From Octopus sinensis (Eukaryota), in NCBI RefSeq assembly GCF_006345805.1, contig NC_043007.1:48980001-49044000 (forward strand): a DNA stretch of 64,000 bases, read 5' to 3'. The position numbers were made by a program, and so were the translations under genes. Every line of letters begins with the position of its first letter. Position 1 is the first letter of the stretch. Below the pieces are notes generated by a model, which was not told the origin of the DNA, searched no databases, and saw only the letters and a program-made list of their open reading frames with translations. Below are positions 24,475 to 38,344 of the stretch, one piece after another.

Positions 24475-25360
24475 GAGTGGAAAATCCTAGGGTACTTAAA
24501 GACATCTTAAAAAATACTCTTCCAGTCATGTGAAAATCTAATAAAAAAGGCTTGGGTTACGACAACATTATTTAAAGAATGGTTTTCATATCACTTTGTA
24601 TCGGATGTTAAGAAATATTGTGATAAGAAGGAACTTCTATTTTGTGTATATACCTAGCCACTCTACAATTCTGCAATATCTCCATCCTACTGTCAAAGTT
24701 ATATATATATATTTTTTTTTTGCCTCGGAACACGACATCACTTTTGCAACCAATAGATCAGGGTGTTATTGCAACTTATAATGCCCATTATTTACGCTAC
24801 ACCTTTGCAATGCTGAATGAAGAAACAGACAAAGAAGGGGAAAATCTGGAAAAAATCACAACATTTATACCGCAGTAAAAATCATAGGAAAAGGGTGGGA
24901 TAATATCACTCAAAAGAATATGAAGGGCGTTTGGAAATAACTTTATGGAGAGCGAAAAAAGGTGTCCTCTAAGCAAACAACTCTAGACTTGTCTTTTAAA
25001 AAGAAATCTACAAGTCCGTCAACGAGTACTGGTGAATCGGCGGTCTCGTCTACAAGTGATGATGAGGGCGAGTCTAGTGCGAGGGAAAGGGATTCAGAAA
25101 ACAAATATAATAATTTTTTAAATTATAAATGATCTTGTCATTCTTTTTACAATACATAAAATATTCATTAAATTCTACTGTTGTTTCATTGCCATTTATT
25201 TACAAGTATTATAAATTTTATAGGTAAAATATTTTTCTTAGAACGAATTACAATTTACAACATTACTATTATGGGAAATTATTACTCTGGTTTACGAGTT
25301 CGCACTTTACGAGCGATCTCCGGGAATGAATTAGCTCGTATATCGAGGCATTACTTTATA
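24475..25360 (+). mobile_element. pogo/Tigger DDE transposon 3' fragment
   Basis: FLPRNTTSLLQPIDQGVI motif; Tigger-like TIR CTCGTATATCGAGGCATTACTTTA near 25335-25358. Confidence 0.7.
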
Positions 25361-25366
25361 TATATA

Positions 25367-26209
25367 CTAGCAGAATTGCCCGGCGTTGCTCGGGGCTGAA
25401 TTGCTTGAAAGTACTGTTAATGATTGCACTGAATTATGATGATTATTCAGGCAAATATTGATATAAGTTTACGGTGGGAGATAAGGACTTAACGATCAAA
25501 CGTGTGCCATTGCATTGTTTTGGGGGAACCAAATTTCTGATGAGCATTATAGGGGCACCAACTTTAAGTTTGAGAAAGTGTGGTGGTAGTCCGGGGTGCT
25601 CAAAGGAATTGAGTACCTGTATTGGATAGTTGATGACGTCCTCTGGGTCAGGAGTTGTATCGATAGACTGATATACATAGACTTCCCCAGGAATGAGTTT
25701 TAGCATTTCATCATTAATATGGTGAACAGTTTTATTCCTCGGGGCCAGTATAGCCTTTTTGCCAATCCAATCCATATTCTGATAATTAGCTTGTAGATCT
25801 GGGAACACTGCATCTCTGAGATCAGAAGGCGTCTTAACAATGTTACAAATGGAATCGATGGCAATATTACCATTTTCATCCCCTGGTATTTTGCCTTCGC
25901 CAAGTGCAAGGAGGGTGTGAGGAAATGCTGCTGATGTGATATTACGTCGCATATGAGCACGCATATTGGTGTGAAGTTTGAGAGTTACTTCCCTTTATTA
26001 AAAAAATATGCATTAAAATGGAAAAAATGATGGTAAATTATTTGTAAAATCATAGACTCATCGTAGACGCGCGCTAATACCCAGAAGGGCTCGATATGAA
26101 TCACGACTATAAGATACCCGGTTTTGGTTAAACTGCATCGCAAAATGTGGGAGTAGTTAGGAATCTAAATCGGTGTAGACAGACACCCAACCTTTCTTTT
26201 ATATATAAA
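25367..26209 (-). mobile_element. Deleted Helitron retaining a PIF1-helicase C-terminal fragment (ORF 25443-25964)
   Basis: KAILAPRN...HINDEML...LPPHFLKLKVGAPIMLIRNL...CNGTRLIV; 3' CCCGAGCAACGCCGGG hairpin plus CTAG; 5' end shared with the 59.6k and 63.7k copies. Confidence 0.85.
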
Positions 26210-26516
26210 TATTTTCGTCCTATATTGTAGATTTCTATAAGTGACAAAGGGAGGCAGATAAAATCTGCCTTTTATAATAAGAGATATACTTGCATTTCAA
26301 TTTTTCCTTATGTTATGTTATTAAAGTTCTGTTCTTATATCGAATGAATTAAAACATCTATAACGACAACTGGAACTTCATAAGTGTTAACAATAATACT
26401 AATACAAATTAATGAAATCCAAAGTATATTAATTGATATGAAGCTAAATCAGTGTACACTTCCATAAAATACAACCCTATGAAATAGTAACCTATTTCCA
26501 TTGGAAACTATATATA

Positions 26517-26632
<116 letters not shown>

Positions 26633-26970
26633 CGGGCTTCTTTCAGTTTCCGTCTACCAAATCCACTCACGAGGCTTTGGTCGGCCTGAGGTTACAGTAG
26701 AAGACACTTGCCCAAGGTGCCACGCAGTGGGGCTGAACCCGAAACCACGTGGCTGGTAAGCAAACTTTTTGTCACACAAACATGCCTGCGCCTATATATT
26801 TCTTTTACAAACATCTGCTCATGTGTATATATTCAATAGGTTATAAACTTTTTTTCAAAACTCTGCTTCTGTGAATATATTCAATTGAGTCATACATTTC
26901 TTTTAGAAACCTCTGCTTTTCTGTATGTATTCAATAGGTTATAAAACTAAACTGTTTTACAAACCTCGGC

Positions 26971-27564
26971 CTTTGTGTGTGTAATCAAGTTATACATTCA
27001 CTTGCAAGTCCTTGCTTCTGTGTATATATTGACAATTCTTTTGTCGAAATATCAACGATGTCATAGTTGATTTGCAACTTTGCTCACCTTAACTCATAAG
27101 TGAAAGACGTCAATGAAAACGACTAAGTGCTATGTAGTCTTGACTAGTGTTAAATAATTGGAATTACTTAAGTGGTAGGCTTGTATTTCAGGTTCTGTGA
27201 TGTGTGAGAGAACTTTAAGCGAAGGAACATTCATACACATTCAATCATAAAATATCATAAAATATATTTTGATTGTGAGAAATTTCGAGTTCAGTGGAAA
27301 CTTGAAGTAAAATATTGTACAGATGTTTGAGGTACGTGTCTTGTCAAAAGTGTTTAGAAGTTTGCATGGAGGACATCTTTGTGTGTGTAATCAAGTTATA
27401 CATTCACTTGCAAGTCCTTGCTTCTGTGTATATATTGACAATTCTTTTGTCGAAATATCAACGAAGATGTCATAGTTGATTTGCAACTTTGCTCACCTTA
27501 ACTCATAAGTGAAAGACGTCAATGAAAACGACTAAGTGCTATGTAGTCTTGACTAGTGTTAAAT
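26971..27564. repeat. ~186-bp direct repeat pair (26971-27155, 27377-27564)
   Basis: Near-identical copies 406 bp apart, with a 3-nt indel. Confidence 0.85.
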
Positions 27565-27949
27565 CTTTTCAGTTCATTTAGATTGATAGATGAATCACGT
27601 GATGATACAATTCATCGCCGGAAACTAGTGTGAGCATAGCCCCATATACGAGTGTTTAATTGTAGCCGTTAGTTCAATTAATCCAACAGTAAAATCTACC
27701 TGTAACACTGTACAACAAATTTCAGGGTCCAGAAAAAAACGTAGTTCTCATGTACATTTTATTATTAAGTTGATTGTACTAAATTCGAATTTTATAACAA
27801 AAAATTCCTCTCATGTCACATTTTCTTGTAAATTGCCGACTTAATAACTCTGCAATTTATACCAATTTCCATGATACCATAAATTTATTTTGCTCCCAAA
27901 GTCAGATTAAATATGTCTATTGTAATTAATTCATAAATATATAATGAAT

Positions 27950-29200
27950 CGGCATGTTTGTTAGCATGATATAATGTATTAACCTACATTTTAGTATTTA
28001 CTTTTTCGTTTATAAGACGTTTCAGGTGTGTCACGCTTTAGGTTCCAGCAGAAGTCAATCAGCATAATTTCCCCTTATACCTGTTTTCCATTGATGCTAT
28101 GTCTTGATGAAACCTCTCTCCATGTTCATCACTCACATCTCATGCATTCTTTGGGAAGAAGGACAGATGAGAAAGAAGAAAGTGTATCTTCAGTGACATA
28201 TTGCATCCGAGATCTTGGTAGCACTTGATAAGGCTCTCCACTATACTCTCTCGCTGGGCCACTCGGTGCTTTCCCAGAAGTCTTTTGTATACATCTTTGA
28301 ATGCAAGCCAGGCCGCTAGCTCAGTTTCATCCATTGTCGCCTCGAAGTCTTCATCAGCTATAAGTTGACGAATCTGAGGGCCTACGAATATGCCCTCTTT
28401 AATCTTGGCGTCACTTATTTTAGGGAAGATCGCCTTGAGGTGCTGGAAATATGGCTTGTTATGTTGCAGTGCTTTGGTAAATTGCTTCGTTAGGCCCAGT
28501 TTTATATGCAGTGGTGGCAAAAGGATTTTCTTCTTAACTATTGGCTCATGATTTACATTATAGCATCCAGGCATCATAGTTTCCCGAGGTGGCCATTCTG
28601 AGCGTACATACTGTTCTGATCTGGCCCTACTGTTCCACTTGCAAAGGAAGCACATAAACTTGGTGTATCCAGTTTGTAGCCCCTTAAGTAGGGCTACTAC
28701 TTTGAAATCTGCACAAATTAGCCACTCATACTCCTTGTAACGTATACGGTCTAGAATAAAATTGAGATTCACATATGTCTCTCTTAAAATGACTGAGTGA
28801 GCAAGTGGAACTGAAGGCATGATGTTCCCAATGTGAAACAGAACCGCTTTTATGCTGTAAAGGGATGCATCTATGAATAACCTCAACTCATTTGGTTCAT
28901 AGGTCAGCTCAAGGATATTGAATAGGTCTCTGATATCATTACAATAAATCAAGTTGTTTTCCAAAGTGAAGAATTACTGTAGATCTGCAGAACAATTCCT
29001 AAATACTGTAATTCGAACATCTTTATCCAACAGGTTCCAAGGGAAGAGGTATCGTTCATGTTTTAAAGATTTCAGAATTTGAATTGGAAAGTGGCTCTAA
29101 TAGACGTTTTCAAGAACTAATGGAACTATGACCTATTTTACTGTGTCCGAAGTAAGTGTACAGCTGCTGGCGATGATGATGATGTTGCAGCCATAATATT
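27950..29200 (-). mobile_element. Second Chapaev3-like transposase remnant (ORF 28140-28964)
   Basis: RLFIDAS...ICADFKVV...GYTKFMCFLC...PPLHIKLGL...GPQIR...MSLKIHFLLSH. Confidence 0.8.
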
Positions 29201-29382
29201 GAAGCCTTATCCACTAAAACTGATGTGAGAACAAATTCCTTTGGCTAGAATGATATTTCTTGCCCTTTTGTCAGAAATAAGTAACACGTTAATGAAATAC
29301 TTTCAACACCACAATCATCACACACACATACGCGCTCACACACACATACACTCACACACATACACATTCACGCAACACACAG

Positions 29383-29585
29383 GTGGCGAGCTGGCAGAAT
29401 CGTTGGTGCACTGGGAAAAAATTGTTAGGGGCATTTCACTCGTCTTTATGTTCTGAGTTCAAATTCTGTTGTGGTCGACTTTGCCTTTCGTCCTTACAGG
29501 CTCAATAAAATAAGTACCAGTTAAGCACTGGGATCGATATTACCCCCTCCCCCGAAAATGTTGCCTTGTGCCAAAATATGAATTA
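29383..29585 (+). mobile_element. Family A SINE
   Basis: GGCGAGCTGGCAGAATCGTT head and conserved body. Confidence 0.75.
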
Positions 29586-30279
29586 TCATTATCATCGATG
29601 GACTTTCAGAATACTTATCCCACCTAAGTTGGAATTTCTCTATTTTAGCTGAGATTTTTCAATTTTTGTTTAGCATCATGCATTTCTATATATTGGAGGA
29701 AATCCTTTTCTGAACCAAAAAATTTTTAAATCAATAATTTTTAAACGTCTGTTCCCCCTCCATCCACTTCAAGCCTTCACTTCAGCTATCACCACTAAAA
29801 GTTGTTTTCCCCTCATCTCACAGTACCCCAAATTCTGAAACACAATGTTTTCTTATCTCATCGTGCCTAACCTCTAAAACTTTCTTTTCCTTTTCATTAG
29901 TCTTAGTCATTTTAATATAATCAATATTCTGAAAAACTTGTAAGTGACCTAAAAAAAAAAAAAAAAAAAAAAGAAACTGTTACTTCTCCCTTTTCCTCTA
30001 GTACGATTAAAATGACTTTTACGTTTTGCTTTCTATTCCTTGTTTTCGTCTGTATTTTTCTTTTCATAACTTTGCCATACTATAAAAGACATTTTTCTAT
30101 ACAATATATAAACATTAAGAGAAAAACAAGAATAAATTATTACTTATCTGATTTACATTGACATAATTCCCATCAAATTTAATTTTATGTATTGCAATTT
30201 CCCTTACACAAGACAAAAACGAATAGAAACATACCGTTTATTTAGGACAAGGTCTAGACACAAACGTACTTTGAGATAG

Positions 30280-30337
<58 letters not shown>

Positions 30338-31849
30338 GCGGAAACGAGAGATATTTGGGGTTCCATTATACTTTTTTCCTTGGCTGGAAAATATTCTATT
30401 CTTCATTCTAAACGACTGAAATTATCGTTTTATAGATACTTCTTTCAAAATTTCAGTTTTGTTATTCACATATAGCTTGTGGTGTTCCACTTTTTTAATC
30501 ATGAAAGGTAAGATTTTGTTTTTAAAGGCAAATTACAAGTGTTTCACAATGTGATTATAAAACGTAGCGGGAAGGTCAAAATATTTTAGTGGATGTTGTT
30601 CATACATACATACATACATACATACACATACATACATACATACATACATACAAACATACATACAAACATACATACATACATACATACATACATACATACA
30701 TACATACATACATACATAGTCTTTTACCTTTCACTTGTTTCAATCCTTTGACTGCGGTCATACTGGAGCACCGCCTTGAAAAAGTAATGAGGTCGCAAGT
30801 GTATGGGGTTATGTATGTGTGTTTAGCCCAAAAAGGCTTGGAAAACGAATCTGGTTTTCGAAATATGCATCCCACAAACAATGTCGTTCGTAAATAATGA
30901 TAAAAAATATAATTTGCTACTAGAAATAACTTAACTTTTAGACTGGCAACTCCCCACTTTCTATCTAACACCATCAATCTATCTTTCTATATATATATAT
31001 TTACCATACTCTTTAACATTCACTCCCTTTGTATATGTATTAATTCTCACGCATATCTTTCATTTTGTTCAAATTCTTTCTTATGTTTACTTTCATTTTA
31101 TCATACACAGCTTCTTTGAGTTTTCGTCTACCAAATCCACTCACAAGGCTTTGATCAGCCAAGGCTATAGTAAAAGACACTTGCCCGAGGTGCCACGCAA
31201 TGGGACTGAACCCGGAACCAAGCTTCTTATCACAGTCACGCTTGCGCCTACTTTATTTGAATATGATTCATTCTGTATATGAATAAAAACAAAATGTAAA
31301 CTCTGCTCATTTCAGTGATATAAGTTCAAACGTGAAAATTTTAATTAGTATTATGAAATTAGTTATTGATAAAATTTAATAAATGCACAAACACGAACCT
31401 TTCTTTATGTAAGAATATTCTAGAAAGAAGTGTTGTAATATTAATGTAGTACCAGATCTCTTATACGGCTTCCAGAAATGCACTATCACGAAAAATACTG
31501 TACCATGTATTGAGCAAACAGAACGTATTTGAAGATGATTAATTTGTATATGATGTGTTAAAAATAGTTTTTTTTACACATTATTTCGTTTAAGTGGATT
31601 AATAAAGATTAAGCATACTCTGCTTTGGAATTGCATCAATTTCTACCTGTATGTGTTAAATAAAATCATGTTCTTTATTTTTCTTCATTTAATTTTCATC
31701 CTTTAAACATTATGTTGTATATATGTTAAGATATTTAAGAATTTTAAAGGAATTAACATGTCAAGCAGTCTCTGCTTTAAAAGCTTATTAATTTGACTCT
31801 GTTAAATAAATTTCGCTCTATACTTTTCATTGTTTATTTCATATTTTAA

Positions 31850-31975
<126 letters not shown>

Positions 31976-32388
31976 CTCCTGAAAACTGGAAAATCAAAAA
32001 ATCCAGAGCATTTCCTGTCCCAAGCTTGCCGGATTATTGGTCCGATGGTATTACATATTATACTTTAATTAAGGCAGTTTATTTATACTTATTTGATTAT
32101 ATGTTAAGGCTTGGTGTGAAGGGTCAATGAAAAAGCTTAACATTCAAGAAGCGATCCATCTACGTTATCTGAAATGGAATTTTCAATTAACATATCTTAG
32201 AGTTGGATGCCTAGTAATGCTGCACACAGCGCTGTTGGTATCTTTAATGAATCTAGTGGTTATTCTGCCCTTATTCGGCCAGGATAGCTGCAAAAGGAAC
32301 GAAATGATACGAACATTCACCTTTCACGACGAAGAACATGAACTTGATCACCGTTGGTGTTCTACAGAATTATCACATGTAAATTGGT

Positions 32389-32444
<56 letters not shown>

Positions 32445-32445
<1 letters not shown>

Positions 32446-33295
32446 GTTTCAAATTTTGCCATAAGGGCAGCAATTTTGGCGGAGGGGATGAGTCGATTAT
32501 ATCGACCCAGTGTTCAACTAGTACTTATTTTATCGACCCCGAAAAGATGAAGGGCAAAATCGATCTCGGCGGATTTTAAACTCAAAACATAGCGACGGGC
32601 GAAACACCTATTTCTTTACTACCCACAAGGGGCTAAACATAGAGTGGACAAACAAGGACAGACAAACGGATTAAGTCGATTATATCGACCCCAGTGCGTA
32701 ACTGGTACTTATTTAATCGACCCCGAAAGGATGAAAGGCAAAGTCGACCTCGGTGGAATTTGAAATCAGAACGTAGCGGCAGACCAAATATCGCTAAGCA
32801 TTTCGCCCAGCACGCTAACGTTTCTGCCAGCTCGCCGCCTTAGTAAGGAGAATAATTATCCTTTCTACAATAGGTACAAAGCCTGAAATTTGCGGGAGGA
32901 GGATAGTACTCAACTGGTACTTATTTTATCGACCCCAAAAGAATGAAAGGCAAAGTCGACCTCGGAGGAACTTGAACTCAGAACTCAGAATTTGAACTCA
33001 GAACTCAGACGAAATGCCGCTAAGCATTTATCTCGGCGCGCAAACGATTCTGCCAGCTCAATACTATAATATTAAGTAGCAAGCTGGGAGGATCATTGGC
33101 GCGCCAAGCAAAATTCTCAGCGGGATTTCTTCTGGTCCTTTGCGCTCTGGGTTCAAATTTCATCGCGGTACACTTTACCTTTCATACTTTCGGAATTAAT
33201 AAAACAAGTACCAGTTGTGCGCTGGAATCGATGCAATCAAAGAACACATCCCCACTAAAACTGCTGACATTGTCTCAAAATTTGAAACCTTTATT
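32445..33295. mobile_element. Cluster of family A SINE copies (three on minus, one on plus)
   Basis: Repeated GAAAGGCAAAGTCGACCTCGG blocks at ~32550, ~32735 and ~32945; degenerate plus-strand copy at ~33100-33290. Confidence 0.75.
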
Positions 33296-34642
33296 ATAAT
33301 CAAAAATCAATTTTAAGATTTTGGGACGTGTTGTACACAAAAATAGATTTCGCTCAAAAAAATCATACTCGCATTCACTTTGACCAAGAAAATAAGGATT
33401 GGACATTACCAAGCTGGTAAAGAATCTTATGATAGAATGAGTTGAAATTTAATATGTTCAGCTCTCCTGTCCGATATTATGGCTAATATTCGTTAAGAAG
33501 AAGAACGTTTTACAGAATGCATGAATCAAACACTTGAGCACAGTAGCATAGCCAGAACACGTGCCGCCCTGGGTGGCCCTTGAGTTTTCTGCACACCGGT
33601 CCTCCAAAACAGTAGACTCAAAAGGGACGTCCCACTGAAATGTCACCCAGGGAGGATCACTCCCTTGTCCTTCGAGCACTCTTTTTGAGCAGAGTTTTGA
33701 AATTACATGTTTCGAAAAGGGTTGATCTTATATGTTAGAATTGCATCTAGTGGCTCTTGGTCGGGACAGCTGCGACATATTACTAAAGAAATGAAATGAT
33801 ACATTTATTCACCGTTCATCGATAAAGAACGAAAATTTGACCACCGTTGATATTTTGAACGATTTTCAGCAGAATATGGTGGATAAAGGTTAGTCTTATA
33901 TGGTCTAATACGCTTCTGTATGCCAATAGTCATGTGTGTCAGTCTTGACTGTTTTCAACATGCCAATGATCCGAACGATACAGTTTGATTATCTAAGAAT
34001 TCACCCGAATAAAGAAAAACCGAGTACTGTAGTGGCCAGCGCGGTTTCCAGATTTAAATAAAAGAAAACTAATAGAAACAGGTCGATATGAGTATTCAGT
34101 AAAGGAAATTGGTGACATTAAATTAACTTTAGAATTTGATGGTCACAAGACGTGAAGAAATGCTTAGATAATCAAATGTATGCATTCAATGTAGTGTAAA
34201 TGTAATTACATTTTGAGAAATTTAGCAGGCGCAGCTGTGTGGTAAGAAGTTTGCTTCCCATCCACATGGACCCAGGTTCAGTTCCACCACGTGGTACCTT
34301 GGGCAAATATCTTTTACTATAGCGCCAGCCCGACCAAAGCCTTGTGAGTGGATTTAGTAGATGGAAACCGAAAGAATCCCGTCGTATATATATATAATAT
34401 ATATATATATATATGTGATAAATAAAAATATATGCATACATACAAACATATATGTACGTACCTACATCTACATGTATATATACATGCATATATAAATAAT
34501 TATACGTGAGTACAGGACACCACAATAAGACGTAGAAACGGGAAAATCAAAAAAACAAAAAACAAGAAAACGAAAAAACAAAAAACAAGAAAACGAAAAA
34601 ACAGTTACAGGACGTGCTACACAAGGAAAAAACCCCAAAAAA

Positions 34643-34698
34643 CCCCGTCATCAGCTGTCGCTAGTAGAGTCAAGCATGTTTCGAAAGAGACAGAACAC
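34643..34698 (-). ncRNA. Second, weaker non-circularly permuted hammerhead-like motif
   Basis: Minus strand: GTG TT CTGTC TCTTTC GAAA CATG n15 GACAG CTGATGA CGGGG. Stem I 5 bp; stems II and III are weak. Confidence 0.35.
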
Positions 34699-34715
34699 TA
34701 TATATATATATATAT

Positions 34716-35773
34716 TGTTACGAACCTGCCGTCGCTCAACTCGAACTCGGGACCCTAAGTCGAGCAACGACGACTACCACGCTCAGTCAAACGGAATCCG
34801 CCACAGAAAACGGTGGTGGAGTGGCAGCGAACACAGACCGGTGACCGGATATAACAACAACAACAACAGGAAGAGAGAGACACGGCGGAAGGCAGTTGCT
34901 TACATTTAACAACAGTTTATACAATTGTTACAACATCAATCAAAACGTAATACATATCAGATACATTCAAAGAAAAACAGTCAACAAATCGTACAGGGTT
35001 AAAAGAAAAACAACAGTCAATGCATGCACAATACAGAACGTCCGAAAACAATCCACATTAATGTTCAACACAATACAGAGTTCGAAAACAGTCCACATTA
35101 AAGTCTTTCCTTTTTCTCTTCAACAATTCTTTTTTTTCAACAGATTACAGTTTACGTCACAATGTTCTTTTCCCTTCTTTTTATTCTCTTTTTTTACAGT
35201 TCTTTTGACACAATGTCCTTTCCCCCTTTTTTTAAACACAGTTCACAAGTTCTTTTCTCTTTTGTTTTAACGCACATCACCACCCAAAATTCAACAACGG
35301 AAACATAACAAAACATTACCGTACGTTTTCTAGTTTACAACACTCCCTGAATCATCACAAAACCTCCCACTACAAATAGCCATGCCTTCTCGCCGTAATC
35401 TCCCTCACTTCCTCTCTATTGACAAGTCATCAATCCTCTGTGTCTGTCTTTCTCGCTACGCTTGTCATCGTTGTCGTTGCCTCTCCCGACTGCACCTCTA
35501 GCCAACTGAACTGTCCCAGGCCAACTCTCACGCCAAACTGACCTGTTGCCAACTGACTGTCTCAGGCAAAACTGACCAACAAACCCCAGCTCGCTGCATT
35601 TTAAAGGGTGGTAGATTTATTTTTTTCTTAAACTTTGCTTGATCGGATAAGGGTCAGAGGTATCTTCCAACCTCATTAATTTCCCTTACCGGTGACAAGA
35701 CAAAAGGCCCTCCAGTCTGTCCGGCACCAAACCAACGAAACTGGGTCATAGCACTTTTCCATATTGACCTTCA

Positions 35774-35780
<7 letters not shown>
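34716..35780. mobile_element. ~1.06-kb solo-LTR-like element between (TA)n tracts
   Basis: Starts TGTTACGA; homologous to 12007-13112 in reverse orientation. Confidence 0.5.
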
Positions 35781-35835
<55 letters not shown>

Positions 35836-35836
<1 letters not shown>

Positions 35837-36156
35837 ATGTGAGGTATACTTGCCATCTCAATATGGCTAACCACTAAAGGTGGGTGTTACTGTAGCTTGT
35901 AGCCCCAGGAAAACATCGTCTCCAGCTAGCTTTATGCACACGTTCTGTGCCCTTATGGTATTTGCAAAGGGAGGTCATCCCTCCCTCGTCAACCTAAGTG
36001 ATACGCACGGTGCCTAAAGCCAGCTGGAGACGATGTTCTCCTGGGGCTACAAACTACAGTAACACCCACCCTTAGTGGTTAGCCATATTGAGGTGGTAAG
36101 TATACCTCACATTGTCGTGCAGTTACTGTTTATACCTCGTTCAGAGATTTATTATT
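35836..36156. mobile_element. Family X inverted-repeat element with tail, in (TA)n
   Basis: Arms 35836-35940 / 36010-36113; tail 36114-36156; the left segment ends at the predicted hammerhead cleavage site (36009). Confidence 0.8.
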
Positions 36157-36162
36157 ACTTAT

Positions 36163-36306
<144 letters not shown>

Positions 36307-36337
36307 TATAATATATATATATATATATATAATATAT

Positions 36338-36383
<46 letters not shown>

Positions 36384-38344
36384 ATATATATATGTATATG
36401 TATATATCTATGAGGTGTGGTTGTGTCTGCGTTTGTTCCCGCCACACCACTTGACAACTGGTCTTGGTGTGTTTATGTCCCCGTAACTTAATGGTTCAGC
36501 AAAAGAGACCGATAGAATAAGTACTAGGCTTAAAAAGATAAGTCCTTGGGTCAATTTGTTCTACTAAAACCCTTCAAGGCGATGGTGCTGCAGCATAGCC
36601 GCAGTCAAATGACTGAAACAAGTAAAAGAAGAAAAGAATAATGCTTTAGTGTCCTATGATTTTATTTTAATCGTTCTTAAGTTCAAATTTACAATTTTGC
36701 TGAAAAATAATATATGCCTTACGTGTTCTAAATATTTTTGTTTCGTTATTTGTACAGACATACCTCAGCTTACGTCGTTTCAAGTTCGTCTTTTTATAAA
36801 AGTAATTAATAGAAAGAATAAACCTCAACTTCGCTCGACTTATCGATTTATCCGACTTACGTCGATCTCAGAGAATATATTTAAAAGCATGAAGATTTAT
36901 AAAAACGTCTAAAATCCAATACTGAGGTGGAAAAGTAAATAAAGCTCATGTGAAAATATGTACAAACCATTTATTATAACAGACATCAGCTAATAATATT
37001 TTTAAAATGCTTTTACTTGTCACGTTGTTTTTCTAGTTAAGTTGATAATTGTAAAAGGTTCGTTTACTTATAATCTGAATCGTAAATAACCAGAAATAAA
37101 GTTAAATCTGAAGTATACATTTTGTCTTTATATTCAAGTAATGCAACTGCATGTACATATACCCCCATGGATATGTATGTATGTATGTGTATGTATGTAT
37201 GTATGTATGTATGTATGTATGTATGTATGTATGTATGTATGTATGTATGTATGCATGCAGGCAGGCAGGCAGGCATGCATGTATGTTTTATACATTTTTG
37301 TTCAAGCATCGCATTGACATAAATACAGAGGACATGAATTGTGAAGGTCAAAAAACAAGTCTCTCGTCACAATATTAAGAAACATGACCGTAATGCCTTT
37401 TGTTCGTTTATACATACATACGCACAATCATGCGCGCGCGCGTTTTTACGTGTGTGAGCGTGTGTGCAGTATGAAGTTACATGTGCATGTATGAAATATC
37501 TCTAGCTTATCTATATCTAAATCATGCCAGTTGCTGAAGGTATTTAGAGCAATGATCTGGAATATTTATTTACTTGGGTCAAAAAAATATAACTCAATAG
37601 CTAGTATTCGCTGAATATACACATAAATATATCTAAATTTGTATGTATGTACGCGCACAAGTAAGCACACACACACACACACACACACACAAAGTTTGTC
37701 CTTCCCACAATTTGTGCACACACTTTAACAACTGATAACTCGAGGTTCATTTCTTTTTAGATTTAACCTATTAGTAATAATGAAAAGATCCAGGCTAAGA
37801 TTGGAACAAAGGAAGTTCATTTTAAATTGTTGCTGGAAGTTTGGAAACGCAGACGGAGTGCAAAGACAGTTTCGGAAAGAGTTTCAAACAAATCTACTTG
37901 CGTAACTTTCCATCACTCAAATTAGTTTGAAACAGAGGGTACTGATCAGAATGTCTACAAGACACGTTCCAGATGACCGTGGACATCAACGAACTCCACA
38001 AAGCTAGTCATGAGACAGGAATTTCAAAACGAAGTGTTCAGCGTATTTTCAAGCGCTGTCATTGGAAAAACTACATTCCAAGAATAGTCCTTGCACTTAA
38101 TGAAGATAATTCAAACCGATGAATAGAATATTGTGAGTGGTACTTGGTGAGATGTGTACAAGACACCCGTTTTCCAACAATAATTGTTCGGAGCGATGAG
38201 GCTCCATTTAAATTAAATGGCTCAGTTAACCGCCACAATTGCACCTACGGGGATCTGAGAATCCGCATAATACAGAAGAACGTCATGGTAACTTACCAGG
38301 AATGACAGTATATTGCGTTTTCTTATCAAAAGCATTATTTAGAC

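Noticed and set aside
33458-33710. GC-richer segment with a possible acceptor and short ORFs
   Set aside because: The plus frame has internal stops, the minus ORF has no recognisable motif, and no family could be assigned.
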